64,000 nucleotides of DNA from an uncultured Eubacteriales bacterium. Lineage in GTDB: Bacteria > Bacillota > Clostridia > Oscillospirales > UBA644. The stretch lies in the NCBI GenBank assembly GCA_934438175.1, contig CAKSBH010000003.1:107511-171510 (forward strand), written 5' to 3'. Both the position numbers and the translations under genes were made by a program. Each line of letters starts with the position of its first letter. Position 1 is the stretch's first letter. The notes under the pieces are model-generated. The model was not told where the DNA came from. It ran no database searches and saw nothing but the letters and a program-made list of their open reading frames with translations. Shown here in pieces: positions 31,132-41,089 of the stretch.

Positions 31132-33057
31132 TTGAAGAAGTACAGAAACCTGATTTCCTATGCGGTCATTCTGATCCTCGCCGGATTGTTCGTAGCGCTT
31201 CTCTTTTCCGGGCAGAAAAAAGATACCCTGCGCTATTCCGACGTTATCGGTTATTTCCGTGACGGTAAAGTCAAATCGTTTGAAATCGATAACCGCACGC
31301 TGAAGCTGATTATGGAAAATCCGGACACCGACAAGGTGGACAAAGCCATTGAATACCGTCTTTACAGCGTAGATCTCTTTTTGCAGGACGTCAAGCCGTA
31401 TCTGACACACACGGCAGAAGACGGAACAATCACGTATCTGGATTACAACCTCATCCCGCCGGCGGAATTTCCCGCCTGGCTGTCAATTCTGCCGTATCTT
31501 CTGTTCGGCGTCATTATGGCAGTCATTCTGTTTGTCATGTTCAATCAGATGAACGGAAACGCAAAATCCTCCATGAACTTCGGCAGAGCCCGTCTGAATC
31601 TGGTTTCGGATTCCAAAAAGAAGGTAACCTTCGCGGATGTCGCAGGCGCAAAGGAAGAAAAAGAAGAACTGGTGGAAGTTGTGGAGTTTCTGCGCAACCC
31701 GGATCGGTTTACGGAAATGGGTGCCCGGATCCCGCGCGGAATTCTTTTGGAGGGTCCTCCGGGAACCGGTAAAACGTATCTTGCCCGTGCCACAAGCGGA
31801 GAAGCGGGGGTTCCGTTCTTCTCCATCTCCGGCTCCGACTTTGTGGAACTGTATGTCGGTGTCGGTGCCTCCCGCGTGCGCGACACGTTTGAACAGGCAA
31901 AGCGGAATGCTCCCTGCATTGTTTTCATTGACGAAATCGATGCCGTCGGCCGTCAGAGAGGTGCCGGTCTGGGCGGAGGGAACGACGAACGGGAACAAAC
32001 GCTGAACCAGCTTTTGGTGGAAATGGACGGCTTTGAACAGAACGAAGGCATCATTGTGATGGCGGCGACGAACCGTCCCGACGTTCTGGACAGTGCGTTG
32101 CTCCGTCCCGGACGCTTTGACCGGCAGATCGTCATTCACCTGCCCGATGTCACGGCGCGCGAAGAGATTCTCAAAATTCACGCACGCAACAAACCGCTGG
32201 GCGAAGACGTAAACCTGAAACTGGTGGCTCGCTCAACAGCAGGATTCTCCCCCGCCGACCTGGAAAACATTCTGAACGAGGCGGCGTTGCTTGCCGCACG
32301 GAAGCGGGAAAAAGCCATTTCCGGCGCAGACATTGACGATGCCATCCTCAAGGTCTATATCGGTGTAGAAAAGAAATCCAGCGTCATGACGCCGGACGAT
32401 AAAAAACTTACGGCGTTTCACGAGGCAGGTCATGCCGTTGTTACGGCGTTTCTGGCGCATCATGACCCGGTTCACGAGGTCTCCATCATTCCCCGCGGAG
32501 TTGCCGGCGGCTACACGTATTACGTGCCCAAGATTGATAAAACGTACCAGTCCCGCAATGAGATGCTGGATTCTCTGGTGAGCTGCCTCGGCGGACGGAC
32601 CGCAGAAGAACTCTGCATGGACGATGTTTCTACCGGTGCTTCCGGAGACCTGCAGCAGGCAACCTCCCTTGCCCGCAACATGATTACCCGCTACGGAATG
32701 AGCGACGCGATCGGCATGATCTCGCTGGGCTCTTCCCGGGATGAAATCTTCCTCGGCAGAGATTTTGCGTCAACGCAGAATTATTCCGAAGCCACTGCGG
32801 CCAAGATCGATGCGGAAATCCGGCGTTTTCTGGACGAAGCGCATCAGAAAGCCAAGCAGATCCTCACCGATCATCGGTCGGAACTCTGCACCGTTGCCAA
32901 CACGTTGATTGAAAAAGAAAAAATTACCGGCGAAGAATTTTACGCCATTCTGGGTATGGAAGCACCGGAAGACCCGATGCGCCGCAAACAGGAAGAAGTT
33001 GTTGCGGAATCCGGAGAACCGGCTTCCGAAGAAACTTCCGGTTCCGAGCAGGAATAA
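31132..33057 (+). CDS. ftsH: ATP-dependent zinc metalloprotease FtsH
   Basis: TTG start. Motifs [11 protein letters not shown] region and HEAGHA. Confidence 0.96.
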   Translation: MKKYRNLISYAVILILAGLFVALLFSGQKKDTLRYSDVIGYFRDGKVKSFEIDNRTLKLIMENPDTDKVDKAIEYRLYSVDLFLQDVKPYLTHTAEDGTITYLDYNLIPPAEFPAWLSILPYLLFGVIMAVILFVMFNQMNGNAKSSMNFGRARLNLVSDSKKKVTFADVAGAKEEKEELVEVVEFLRNPDRFTEMGARIPRGILLEGPPGTGKTYLARATSGEAGVPFFSISGSDFVELYVGVGASRVRDTFEQAKRNAPCIVFIDEIDAVGRQRGAGLGGGNDEREQTLNQLLVEMDGFEQNEGIIVMAATNRPDVLDSALLRPGRFDRQIVIHLPDVTAREEILKIHARNKPLGEDVNLKLVARSTAGFSPADLENILNEAALLAARKREKAISGADIDDAILKVYIGVEKKSSVMTPDDKKLTAFHEAGHAVVTAFLAHHDPVHEVSIIPRGVAGGYTYYVPKIDKTYQSRNEMLDSLVSCLGGRTAEELCMDDVSTGASGDLQQATSLARNMITRYGMSDAIGMISLGSSRDEIFLGRDFASTQNYSEATAAKIDAEIRRFLDEAHQKAKQILTDHRSELCTVANTLIEKEKITGEEFYAILGMEAPEDPMRRKQEEVVAESGEPASEETSGSEQE

Positions 33058-33075
33058 CCCACAGGCAGACAAAAA

Positions 33076-33110
33076 CTCCGGCAGGATTTCCTGCCGGAGT
33101 GATTTTTTTG
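33076..33110. terminator. bidirectional intrinsic terminator (ftsH / GH27 convergent pair)
   Basis: CTCCGGCAGGA / TCCTGCCGGAG stem with A5 before and T7 after. Confidence 0.8.
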
Positions 33111-33115
33111 TTTTT

Positions 33116-34249
33116 TCAGGTTCGGTGCATTCTGGCAAGGAAGACCCTGCAGGTACGCGGCGGTACGGAAATGCCAATGGTTTCGGACACGTTGTGAATC
33201 TCTTCTCCCGTAAACACATCCTTCAGGTCCAGAGCCATGCCGCTGGTCCGCGGAACACCCGCGGTAAACAGGTCAATATTCAGAGGCCGACGGTCCTCTT
33301 CGGTGTAATTGAACAGCCCCACGGCATACTCACCATCGGAAAGGAGACGGAACAGAACCAGTTTATTGTCCAACCGTTCGCTGATCACATACGGCGGACG
33401 GCATTCCTCATCCTGATCAATCCGGATAAGATCTTTGTTTTTCAGCAATTCAATCATGTCGGAAGATGCCTTGCGCACATCGCACCCGATCATCAGCGGC
33501 GCAGCCATCATGCACCACAGGGCAAAGTGCATTTTATATTCCTCTGCCGTGCAGCCGCCAAAACGCACAGCCGCGTTTCCATTGTTGAACATCCCCACAA
33601 CCAGCATATCAATGTCATTGTAACATCCGATTCCGGAAGAGCCGAGCAACGGGATCTGACTATAAGCAATGTCCCGCACGGCAATGGGATTATCCTGAAT
33701 ATCGGTGGTGGTGCGGTACAGATGTGCACCGGCAGAACGCATAAAGTTATGAACACCCGGATAACTGTCACACGCTGCAAACACAATATCCCGTCCGCAT
33801 TCCCGCAGCGCAATTCCCATACGGTGATAAAGATTTTCATGATCGGCTTTGGGAGGGATATAACAACAGTCGTATTTGAGATAATCGACGCCCCATTCCG
33901 CAAAGGTGCGGGCGTCTTCAAACTCATGGTCAAACGACGCAGCATGACCGGCACAGGTTTTATAACCGGCATTGGAATAGATTCCAAACTTCAGACCACG
34001 GGCATGAATGTAATCGGCAAGATACCGCATACCGTGCGGGAATTTTTGCGGATCCGCACAGAGTTTTCCGTTTTCGTCACGGGTCACCCCTGCCCAACAG
34101 TCGTCAATGACCACGTATTCATAGCCCGCTTCCCGCAGTCCAAGCTCCACAAACTGATCCGCCGTCTGCAGAATCAGTTCTTCGGAAATGTCGTGCCCAA
34201 ACGTGTTCCAAGTGTTCCAGCCCATCGGCGGTGTTTTTGCCAGCATCAT
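33116..34249 (-). CDS. alpha-galactosidase (GH27)
   Basis: PPMGWNTWNTF and YVVIDDCW motifs. Start moved to MMLAKTPP (SD GAGAGGAAA); no signal peptide. Confidence 0.85.
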   Translation of the reverse strand: MMLAKTPPMGWNTWNTFGHDISEELILQTADQFVELGLREAGYEYVVIDDCWAGVTRDENGKLCADPQKFPHGMRYLADYIHARGLKFGIYSNAGYKTCAGHAASFDHEFEDARTFAEWGVDYLKYDCCYIPPKADHENLYHRMGIALRECGRDIVFAACDSYPGVHNFMRSAGAHLYRTTTDIQDNPIAVRDIAYSQIPLLGSSGIGCYNDIDMLVVGMFNNGNAAVRFGGCTAEEYKMHFALWCMMAAPLMIGCDVRKASSDMIELLKNKDLIRIDQDEECRPPYVISERLDNKLVLFRLLSDGEYAVGLFNYTEEDRRPLNIDLFTAGVPRTSGMALDLKDVFTGEEIHNVSETIGISVPPRTCRVFLARMHRT

Positions 34250-34269
34250 TTTTTTCCTCTCTTTCTGTA

Positions 34270-35286
34270 TCAGGACGCAAACAGGTCTGCGATCCACGGA
34301 ACGGGGAACGATGCGCCCATCACCGTAATCACCGCAAACGTAATATAGAACAACAGCATGACCGCCCCACAAATGCGAGGCAGGCGCTTTTTGTTACACA
34401 AAACAAAAAGAAGCAGCGTCACAACAATGACAAAAATCAACGGAATCTGCAGCTTCAGCAATGCCGCGGGAACTCCGTTCCCGATCATCGGTACATCGCG
34501 CACAAGGGAAGAAGCCGCCGTAACCAGAACGATGTTGAGGATGTTTGCGCCGAGAACGTTGCCGATTGCCACCCCATGCGCTTTTTTGATGAGAGACGAA
34601 ATGGCGGTAACCAATTCGGGAAGAGATGTTCCGATGGCAAGCACCGTAAAACCGATGACCGAAGAAGGAACCCCCCAATGCTCGGCAAGGAGCTGCCCGT
34701 TGTTCACCATCAGAATCGAGCCCACAACGACAGCCGCCGCACCGATCAGGAAAAAGAGAACCGTTTTGAATGTAAGCGTTTCTTTCCCGGAATCCTCATC
34801 GGGACCTTCCGGTTCTTTTGCCTCGGCTTTGGCGCTGAAGATGTTGATGTAAACAAAGCCGGCCAATGCCAGCAGCAGCACAATGCCTCCAATCCAGTTG
34901 AGATTCTGAAACAGAATGCCCCACACCGTCACAAAAATCATCAGGGCAAGCAGAATCAGGGCGTTGCGCACAATGTCTTTTCTGGCAACCAGTTCCGGCG
35001 CAGACAGCAAAATGACCAGCGCGAGAATCATGCCGGTGTTGCAGGCAATGGAACCGAAAGCGTTTCCGAACGCCAGAGAGGTGTCACCCTGCAACGCGGA
35101 TGTCGTGGAAACGAAAAACTCCGGCAGAGTCGTACCAAACGAAACCAGGGTCGCCCCGATAATGACCTGCGGAACCCGGAAAATCCGGGCAATGGAAACC
35201 GAACTGTCAATAAACCAGTCGCTCCCCTTAATGACGCAGAGCAAGCCCACGGCAAACAATACATACGAAACCCACATAAAAAACAT
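34270..35286 (-). CDS. Ca2+/cation antiporter (CaCA, YrbG-like sodium/calcium exchanger membrane protein)
   Basis: Two alpha-repeats (GTTLPE / GTSLPEL). About 10 TM. Confidence 0.85.
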   Translation of the reverse strand: MFFMWVSYVLFAVGLLCVIKGSDWFIDSSVSIARIFRVPQVIIGATLVSFGTTLPEFFVSTTSALQGDTSLAFGNAFGSIACNTGMILALVILLSAPELVARKDIVRNALILLALMIFVTVWGILFQNLNWIGGIVLLLALAGFVYINIFSAKAEAKEPEGPDEDSGKETLTFKTVLFFLIGAAAVVVGSILMVNNGQLLAEHWGVPSSVIGFTVLAIGTSLPELVTAISSLIKKAHGVAIGNVLGANILNIVLVTAASSLVRDVPMIGNGVPAALLKLQIPLIFVIVVTLLLFVLCNKKRLPRICGAVMLLFYITFAVITVMGASFPVPWIADLFAS

Positions 35287-35325
35287 CCTCCCATTTTTTT
35301 TCGCTTCCGTAATTTTTTATATCCT

Positions 35326-36363
35326 TTATGTTTCCTGTCCGTCCGAAAGAACCTCCGTTGCAATCAGAGCCAGATACCGTTCCTGTGCGGCAACCGGGTC
35401 TTTCAGCGGAATGCGCACAAACGCACGCCAGTTCACGTCCGACAGAATGTGTTCAAAATCCTCATACATCCCCGTTACGCGCTCACGGGATATCGACACC
35501 GTGGTTCCGTTGACGGTGAAATCCACACGGTCCACATCATCCAGCAAGGCAATCAACGCCGTGGCATTGTACACAACGGTACGCTCAATTTCCTCCGTAT
35601 CGGCGGTAAATTGATATTCCACAGACAAAACCCCGTTTTCACGGCGGCTGCTTTTCAGATAACGACTCATGGGCAGACCCTTTGCCAGATGGGTAAGATC
35701 GTCCGTATTTTTATCGTCAAGCAGGGAAGAAATATCATGTGTGAGCACATACTGCTGGCTTTCGGCATACTGCGGAGACGTTTTGGAGATCTGCGGCGCC
35801 AGGTAAAACAACATGGCATAGGAAGCAAGGAACGATACGACCAGGAGAACGGTCAAAACGATGTTTCCGCGCAAACGCTTCTGTGCGTTGACCTCCTCGC
35901 TTTCTCCCGTTGCCCGAATCGCCGCCTGCAAAGAAGAAAAGATCCACGGCACCGCCGCCAACAAAAACGGCGCTCCGAAATCGCCGATCCGGACAAACCA
36001 CGCATAGACGCTGTCCGGGAAAGCAAGCGGCTTCCGCGTCAGATTCCAGATCAGGCACACCGCCGCAACAACGCCGTAAACACTCCATGCCACGGTACAG
36101 GCAGCCGAAAAGCGTCCTTCCTCCACCGTGCGGCGCTGCTGCGGATGAGGCGAACGTTTGATCCGGCGCAGACACAGCACATACCATACCGTCAGAATCA
36201 GCAGCTCCGCCAACAGAAACAGCCCGAAAAGGCGTCCGGTTACAGACAGCATCATCGGTACGGAAAGCAACCATGCAACACCCGTACCCAATAAAATGCG
36301 GCGCAAGGCAGCCGCTTTGAAATCATCGGACAAAACCGTTTTCATCCGCATCTCCCGCTTCAT
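35326..36363 (-). CDS. hypothetical polytopic membrane protein with a soluble C-terminal domain (DUF4825-like?)
   Basis: About 6 TM helices followed by a ~140-aa domain. Starts 4 nt after the stop of the upstream LRR gene. Confidence 0.6.
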   Translation of the reverse strand: MKREMRMKTVLSDDFKAAALRRILLGTGVAWLLSVPMMLSVTGRLFGLFLLAELLILTVWYVLCLRRIKRSPHPQQRRTVEEGRFSAACTVAWSVYGVVAAVCLIWNLTRKPLAFPDSVYAWFVRIGDFGAPFLLAAVPWIFSSLQAAIRATGESEEVNAQKRLRGNIVLTVLLVVSFLASYAMLFYLAPQISKTSPQYAESQQYVLTHDISSLLDDKNTDDLTHLAKGLPMSRYLKSSRRENGVLSVEYQFTADTEEIERTVVYNATALIALLDDVDRVDFTVNGTTVSISRERVTGMYEDFEHILSDVNWRAFVRIPLKDPVAAQERYLALIATEVLSDGQET

Positions 36364-36367
36364 TCAC

Positions 36368-38104
36368 TCAATCCTCCGCAAACAGACGGTCCATCAGAAT
36401 CACATCGTTCAGCGTCAGCAAACCGTCCCCGTCCAGATCCGCCTCTTTTTCCCAGGCAGGCGGCAAAGTCCGGGCATGAGCAACCGCATCAAAAACAATT
36501 TGCACCGCTGCCGAGCCAAGCGCCTTCAGCCCGGGATCCGAAGAACCGGTATTCGCGTAAACCGGATTGACTTCCGCAGGAATTTCCGGATCGGCGGAAA
36601 GTTTCGGACGATAATCCTCCAAACTGGTTTTGACCTCCACCGCATAGCCCCTTGTTACCGCATAGGAATACACCGGGCTGCTTTTGGAAAGGCAGTAAAT
36701 TTTTGTTGAAGTCCCGGAAGTCAGAAGCGGATAGCCAAACACGGTTGTTCCGTCTGTCACGGCAAGATATTCCAGAGAGGAACAGCCGACAAACGAATAA
36801 TTTCCCAAAACGGAGACCGATGCGGGAATGTACATGGTCTGCAATCCGGAACATCCGGAAAACGCGTACATTCCGATTTCCGTCAGCGTTTCCGGCAATG
36901 CCACAGTCCGGAGCGAGACATCGTTGCGGAAAACATAACGTCCGAGCGTATCCAGCATAGACGCACTGCTGAAAACAACATACTGAAGAGAAGGGCATTC
37001 ACTGAAGGCGTAATTGCGGATGCGGACAACAGAATCCGGAATCCGGATCGCCGTCAGCATCTCACAGCCGGAACACATGGCAAACGGAATTTCCGTAATG
37101 GAAGAAGGAAGCGTCAACCGCTCAAGCGCCTCACAGCCGGCAAATGCAAATTCCCCGATCTCCGTCACGGAAGACGGAAGAATCAGTTCCTCCAAGGAAG
37201 AACAACCGGAAAAGGCACCGGCACCAACCGTCGTCAATGTTTCCGGAAACGTCACCGCAGTCAGCCGCGAAGCGTTCATCAATGCCTGATAGCCGAGCTC
37301 CGTCACGGTATCCGGAATCTCCAGAGAGCCGCTTCGCCCCTCCGGGCAACAGAGCAGAACCGTCCGCTCTTTGTTATACAATACGCCATCCAGAGAAGAA
37401 AAGGTTTCGTTAGAGCCGATGACCGAAATATCCGCCAGGGAGGTACACCCGTAAAAGGCATAAAGTCCTACATAAGAAATGCCGGCGGGAAGAAGAATGC
37501 CGGTCAGCGATGAACAGCGGTAAAACGCACCGTCCGAAAGAATATGCAAAGAGGACGGAAGCGTTACCGAAGAAAACCGACAACCGGAAAATGCATAATC
37601 TCCCACAGAAACAAGCGTCGCCGGAAGTTTGATCTGCGTCATGACGGTACAGTCGGAAAACGCATAGGCGGCAAGCGATGTCACCCCGTCCGGAACCGTA
37701 TAAGCACCCGATTTTGCCTGCGGATACCGAATCAACTCCGTACCGTCGGCGCAAAACAAAACACCGTCCACGCTGCGATACGAAGGATTCCCCTCCGCAA
37801 CCGTCAGGGATTCCAGCGACATACACTTTTCAAAGGCCCGAATCCCGATTTTCTCCACCGAAGCCGGAATTTTCACTTCCGACACATCGGTATATTCAAA
37901 CGCGTAAGAGGCAATTTCCGTCACCGGATAACCACCCAGCGTTTCCGGAATGGTAACGCGCCGGAGAAATCCCGTATAAGATTGAATTATGGCATGACCG
38001 TCCCGGATTTCATAGGAAAACAAACCGGAAACCGCCAGAAACGGCACCGATGCGGCAAAGATCAGCAGCAATGCCAGAACGACGCAGAAAACCGCTTTTT
38101 TCAC
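36368..38104 (-). CDS. secreted BspA-type leucine-rich-repeat protein with a C-terminal dockerin-like Ca-binding loop
   Basis: About 20 repeats of the IP.SV..IG..AF..C..L type. C-terminus DLDGDGLLTLNDVILMDRL. Start set at a GTG (VKKAVFCVV..., SD GGAGGG 8 nt upstream), because the TATAAT of the promoter abuts the ATG at 38134. Confidence 0.8.
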   Translation of the reverse strand: MKKAVFCVVLALLLIFAASVPFLAVSGLFSYEIRDGHAIIQSYTGFLRRVTIPETLGGYPVTEIASYAFEYTDVSEVKIPASVEKIGIRAFEKCMSLESLTVAEGNPSYRSVDGVLFCADGTELIRYPQAKSGAYTVPDGVTSLAAYAFSDCTVMTQIKLPATLVSVGDYAFSGCRFSSVTLPSSLHILSDGAFYRCSSLTGILLPAGISYVGLYAFYGCTSLADISVIGSNETFSSLDGVLYNKERTVLLCCPEGRSGSLEIPDTVTELGYQALMNASRLTAVTFPETLTTVGAGAFSGCSSLEELILPSSVTEIGEFAFAGCEALERLTLPSSITEIPFAMCSGCEMLTAIRIPDSVVRIRNYAFSECPSLQYVVFSSASMLDTLGRYVFRNDVSLRTVALPETLTEIGMYAFSGCSGLQTMYIPASVSVLGNYSFVGCSSLEYLAVTDGTTVFGYPLLTSGTSTKIYCLSKSSPVYSYAVTRGYAVEVKTSLEDYRPKLSADPEIPAEVNPVYANTGSSDPGLKALGSAAVQIVFDAVAHARTLPPAWEKEADLDGDGLLTLNDVILMDRLFAED

Positions 38105-38134
38105 AGGGACAGCCCTCCGTTCTTGTTTTTTCAT

Positions 38135-38163
38135 ATTATACAACAGGGTGCCGAAAAAGTCAA
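38135..38163 (-). promoter_or_regulatory. promoter of the LRR-protein operon
   Basis: Minus strand TTGACT-17 nt-TATAAT. Confidence 0.65.
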
Positions 38164-38259
38164 GACCCGACCCGGTACCGCACTCTCCGACAATTCTGCA
38201 GACAGAAACGGAACCGCCAGGAGCTTCAGCAGGATTTTTGCGGAATCCGCCGAAAACTC

Positions 38260-38289
38260 TTGACGCGGCATAGCCGGATATAGTATAAT
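38260..38289 (+). promoter_or_regulatory. promoter of the DUF975 gene
   Basis: TTGACG-18 nt-TATAAT, about 90-nt leader. Confidence 0.55.
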
Positions 38290-38379
38290 AAGTAAGATGA
38301 TAGAAATTGGAATCCGCCCACACAACCGGGGACGGCTTCTTTCTGTCACGCAATCATACATGAGGAGGGAATCACGCTT

Positions 38380-38967
38380 ATGACAAGACAGGAAATGAAA
38401 GCAAAGGCAAAAGAACAGCTCGGAGGAAATCTTTTCGGGGACAAATGGCTTCTGGCAGCCGGCGTCCTCATCGTATCCAGTCTGATTCTCAGTGCCGCAA
38501 CCGCAGTCACGTTCGGCATCGGCTCCATCATTCTCGCAGGTCCGCTGATGTACGGATGTTACAAACTCTTTCTGAAACAGGCCAGAGATCATCAGCTCAT
38601 GAATTTTGCAGGCATGTTTGACGGTTTTACCGAAGACTTCGGGCAGAATCTGCTGCTTGCACTGATGAATTTCATTTTTGTTATGCTGTGGTCGATGCTG
38701 TTTGTCATCCCCGGTATCGTCAAATACTACGCTTACTCCATGGCATACTACATCAAGGTCGATCATCCGGAAATGAAATGGAACGAATGCCTCAAGGCCA
38801 GCCAGGAAATGATGAAGGGACATAAGATGGACCGCTTCGTTCTGGATCTTTCGTTCATCGGCTGGATGTTCGTCGGGACTCTTTGTTTCGGAATCGGCCT
38901 TCTTTGGGTCATTCCGTACTATCGGGCAACCGAAGCGCAGTTCTACGAATCCGTCAAAGCGGCATAA
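38380..38967 (+). CDS. DUF975-family membrane protein
   Basis: MTRQEMKAKAKEQLGGN...W start typical of DUF975. 4-5 TM. Confidence 0.75.
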   Translation: MTRQEMKAKAKEQLGGNLFGDKWLLAAGVLIVSSLILSAATAVTFGIGSIILAGPLMYGCYKLFLKQARDHQLMNFAGMFDGFTEDFGQNLLLALMNFIFVMLWSMLFVIPGIVKYYAYSMAYYIKVDHPEMKWNECLKASQEMMKGHKMDRFVLDLSFIGWMFVGTLCFGIGLLWVIPYYRATEAQFYESVKAA

Positions 38968-39033
38968 CGAAGGATCCGCGCCCGGAACGCCGCAGAAAGG
39001 AAACACCTTTCCCGGAAGATCAAATCATAAAAA

Positions 39034-39065
39034 GAGAAGACCGGAAATCCCGGCCTTCTCTTTTT
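39034..39065. terminator. bidirectional intrinsic terminator
   Basis: GAGAAGACCGG / CCGGCCTTCTC (one mismatch) flanked by A-run and T5. Confidence 0.7.
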
Positions 39066-39070
39066 ATGAT

Positions 39071-39754
39071 TCAGAATAATTTTCGCAGGCGGGGAAACCG
39101 ATCACGGAATTCAAACCGCTTTTCCATCCGGTGCGCAAAAAAGCCGATGATGGTACCGTTGAGCAATGCGCAAAGCACCGTTCCCCACTTTACACCTTCA
39201 AAATGTCCGAAGCCGAAAAACAAAAACGACATAACCACAGCAACCGCACAGCTGACGCAGTCATACACGGTTTTGAAGCGGTGAATATCCTTGTTCATTT
39301 TCCCGGATACTTCCTTGACAAAAAACTCATAAGCAGCCGGAGGAAGATAGGTGTGAAACAACAGCGATACGCCAAGAGAACAGGTCACAAGCCCCAACGC
39401 ATACCAGATGCCGCGCCAGACCAGGGAAGAAACCGGAAGAAAAACCGAAAGCGCCAGCAGTCCGTCCAGCAACAGCCCGTAAAGAACCGCCGTAAAGAAC
39501 GAAAACAGGTAGGAAATCCGGAACCGTCCGGTCAGCAGTCCCGTTGCCAAAAGCAGAACGCCCTGCAACGTATATTCCGCCATGCCAAACGAAAAAAAAG
39601 GCAGAAATTCCGACACCTTGAGATGCAACAGATAAGCCGGGGCAACCACCATGGAAAGCCCGAAATCCGCCCGCGTCATCAGCACCGTACCGACAGTAAG
39701 AACAAACAGCCCCAGAAGATACGATGCCTCGGTATAAAACACTTTTTTCTTCAA
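39071..39754 (-). CDS. polytopic membrane protein (YczE/YitT-like family)
   Basis: 6 TM. Start set at a TTG 6 nt after SD GGAGGG; the track's GTG at 39784 lies inside a terminator stem. Confidence 0.6.
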   Translation of the reverse strand: MKKKVFYTEASYLLGLFVLTVGTVLMTRADFGLSMVVAPAYLLHLKVSEFLPFFSFGMAEYTLQGVLLLATGLLTGRFRISYLFSFFTAVLYGLLLDGLLALSVFLPVSSLVWRGIWYALGLVTCSLGVSLLFHTYLPPAAYEFFVKEVSGKMNKDIHRFKTVYDCVSCAVAVVMSFLFFGFGHFEGVKWGTVLCALLNGTIIGFFAHRMEKRFEFRDRFPRLRKLF

Positions 39755-39767
39755 AAAAATCCCTCCG

Positions 39768-39813
39768 AAAAAAAACAGCTTCACCGTGTTTGATAAAGAA
39801 ACACGGAAAGCTG
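39768..39813 (-). terminator. intrinsic terminator immediately upstream of the YczE-like gene's SD
   Basis: Minus strand CAGCTTTCCGTGTTT-loop-AAACACGGTGAAGCTG followed by T8. Confidence 0.75.
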
Positions 39814-39828
39814 TTTTCTGTTTGTTTC

Positions 39829-39857
39829 ATTATACAGCAAAATCAACCGCTTGTAAA
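39829..39857 (-). promoter_or_regulatory. near-consensus promoter located just upstream of the 39768-39813 terminator
   Basis: Minus strand TTTACA-17 nt (spacer ends in TG)-TATAAT, i.e. an extended -10. Confidence 0.5.
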
Positions 39858-39874
39858 GCCCCGGCGCAGATTTT

Positions 39875-40573
39875 TTACGGAGAAACGATGTTGAGTTCTC
39901 CAAGCCCGTTTGAGCCGCACACAATAAACATTCTGCCGTCGGCAACCTTATTGGGACGGTAATTCAGTTCGCCGAAAGAATTCTCCGCCTGAATGCTCAC
40001 AACCCAATCTTCCGGCACGTGAACCGTTGTTTCGCCGAGATGATTGTTTACATTCAGAATGACCGGAGATGTCACGTCGCCGACATCGGTGTTCTGAAAA
40101 TACACCATCGTTTCGCCAAGACGGTTGGAAATCGTATGCTCCTCTCCGCTGCTGGCATCCAGATAAACCGTGAAGGAACCCAGCGAATTGTCTTTGACGC
40201 CGTCACGGAAAACAGAGCCGACATGTTTCCGGTGTCCCCCATCAAGCAACAGTCCGAGACCAACCGTCAGAACAACGGCAGAAACAAGAACAAGCCACGG
40301 GTGGTCGATTTCCGGAAACCCGATCCGTTCCAGTTCCGGACGGAACACCAGATAGCCGATGCCGAGCGGAAGAAAAACATTCAGATGCTGGCGCAGAGAA
40401 GAACCGAACACGGCATTGTTGACCAACCAGTACACCAGCACGATTCCCGCAATCCATTTCCACACACTGACCGTGCCGAAATCCACATCCGGAATAAACG
40501 CCAGTGTCAGAAGCGCCAAAGCAGCCAGAGCCAAAAAAATGCCCCAGATTACTTTTTTCTTGTTACCTTTCAT
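39875..40573 (-). CDS. LiaF-like (cell-wall-active-antibiotic response domain) membrane protein
   Basis: 4 TM, then a beta-rich C-terminal domain with reiterated LGE(T/L) motifs. Start at MKGNKKK (SD AAGGAGAG 7 nt upstream). The alternative ATG at 40591 would give an ATGA overlap with the LytTR gene. Confidence 0.7.
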   Translation of the reverse strand: MKGNKKKVIWGIFLALAALALLTLAFIPDVDFGTVSVWKWIAGIVLVYWLVNNAVFGSSLRQHLNVFLPLGIGYLVFRPELERIGFPEIDHPWLVLVSAVVLTVGLGLLLDGGHRKHVGSVFRDGVKDNSLGSFTVYLDASSGEEHTISNRLGETMVYFQNTDVGDVTSPVILNVNNHLGETTVHVPEDWVVSIQAENSFGELNYRPNKVADGRMFIVCGSNGLGELNIVSP

Positions 40574-40587
40574 AGTAAACCTCTCCT

Positions 40588-41055
40588 TCATCTGTTCTGC
40601 CGAATCATCAGCAGTTTGTCGTGAAATGCCCGGTAATACATCCGGGAAATATAAATTTTTTTATCCGAGTCTCTGAAAAATGCTTCCCCCACACCGGTCA
40701 CGTCCCGCCGAAGCGACGAAACGGCACGGACATTGACCAGGCACGATTTGGATGCCCGTGCGAAATAGCCGGGAAGCGTTGCCTCCAGATCATGCAGGGT
40801 ATCGGAAGAATACAGCATCCGGTCTACCGTGTGCGCCGCCGTCCGCCGCCCGTCCGTTTCAAAAAAGAGGACCTCACTCTGCGATACGAAAAATTCCCGG
40901 TCTGCTAGGCGCAGAATCAGCCTCTGTCCGACATCCGGCAGGTCGGTTTCCTCGGCAAGCCGCTGCAGCCGCAGAATCTCCGGCGTCAGTTTCCGGCAAC
41001 GGATAATCACTTCTTCCTCGGCCCCGGCGTCAATTTCCAAGCGCACCTTCCGCAT
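40588..41055 (-). CDS. LytTR-family DNA-binding protein without a receiver domain
   Basis: 155 aa. LytTR core (FFVSQSEVLFFETDGRRTAAHTVD...ASKSCLVNVRAV...ISRMY). Confidence 0.8.
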   Translation of the reverse strand: MRKVRLEIDAGAEEEVIIRCRKLTPEILRLQRLAEETDLPDVGQRLILRLADREFFVSQSEVLFFETDGRRTAAHTVDRMLYSSDTLHDLEATLPGYFARASKSCLVNVRAVSSLRRDVTGVGEAFFRDSDKKIYISRMYYRAFHDKLLMIRQNR

Positions 41056-41089
41056 GAAAGCCCTCCCCCTCTCTCATTTTTCCGGCTTT

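Noticed and set aside
38134-38353. Track start (38353) and the internal ATG (38134) for the LRR protein.
   Set aside because: The 5' extension has no signal peptide and spans the divergent promoter region. The TTGACT-17-TATAAT promoter ends at 38135, so transcription should begin downstream of the ATG at 38134. The GTG at 38104 has a GGAGGG SD and yields a normal signal peptide.
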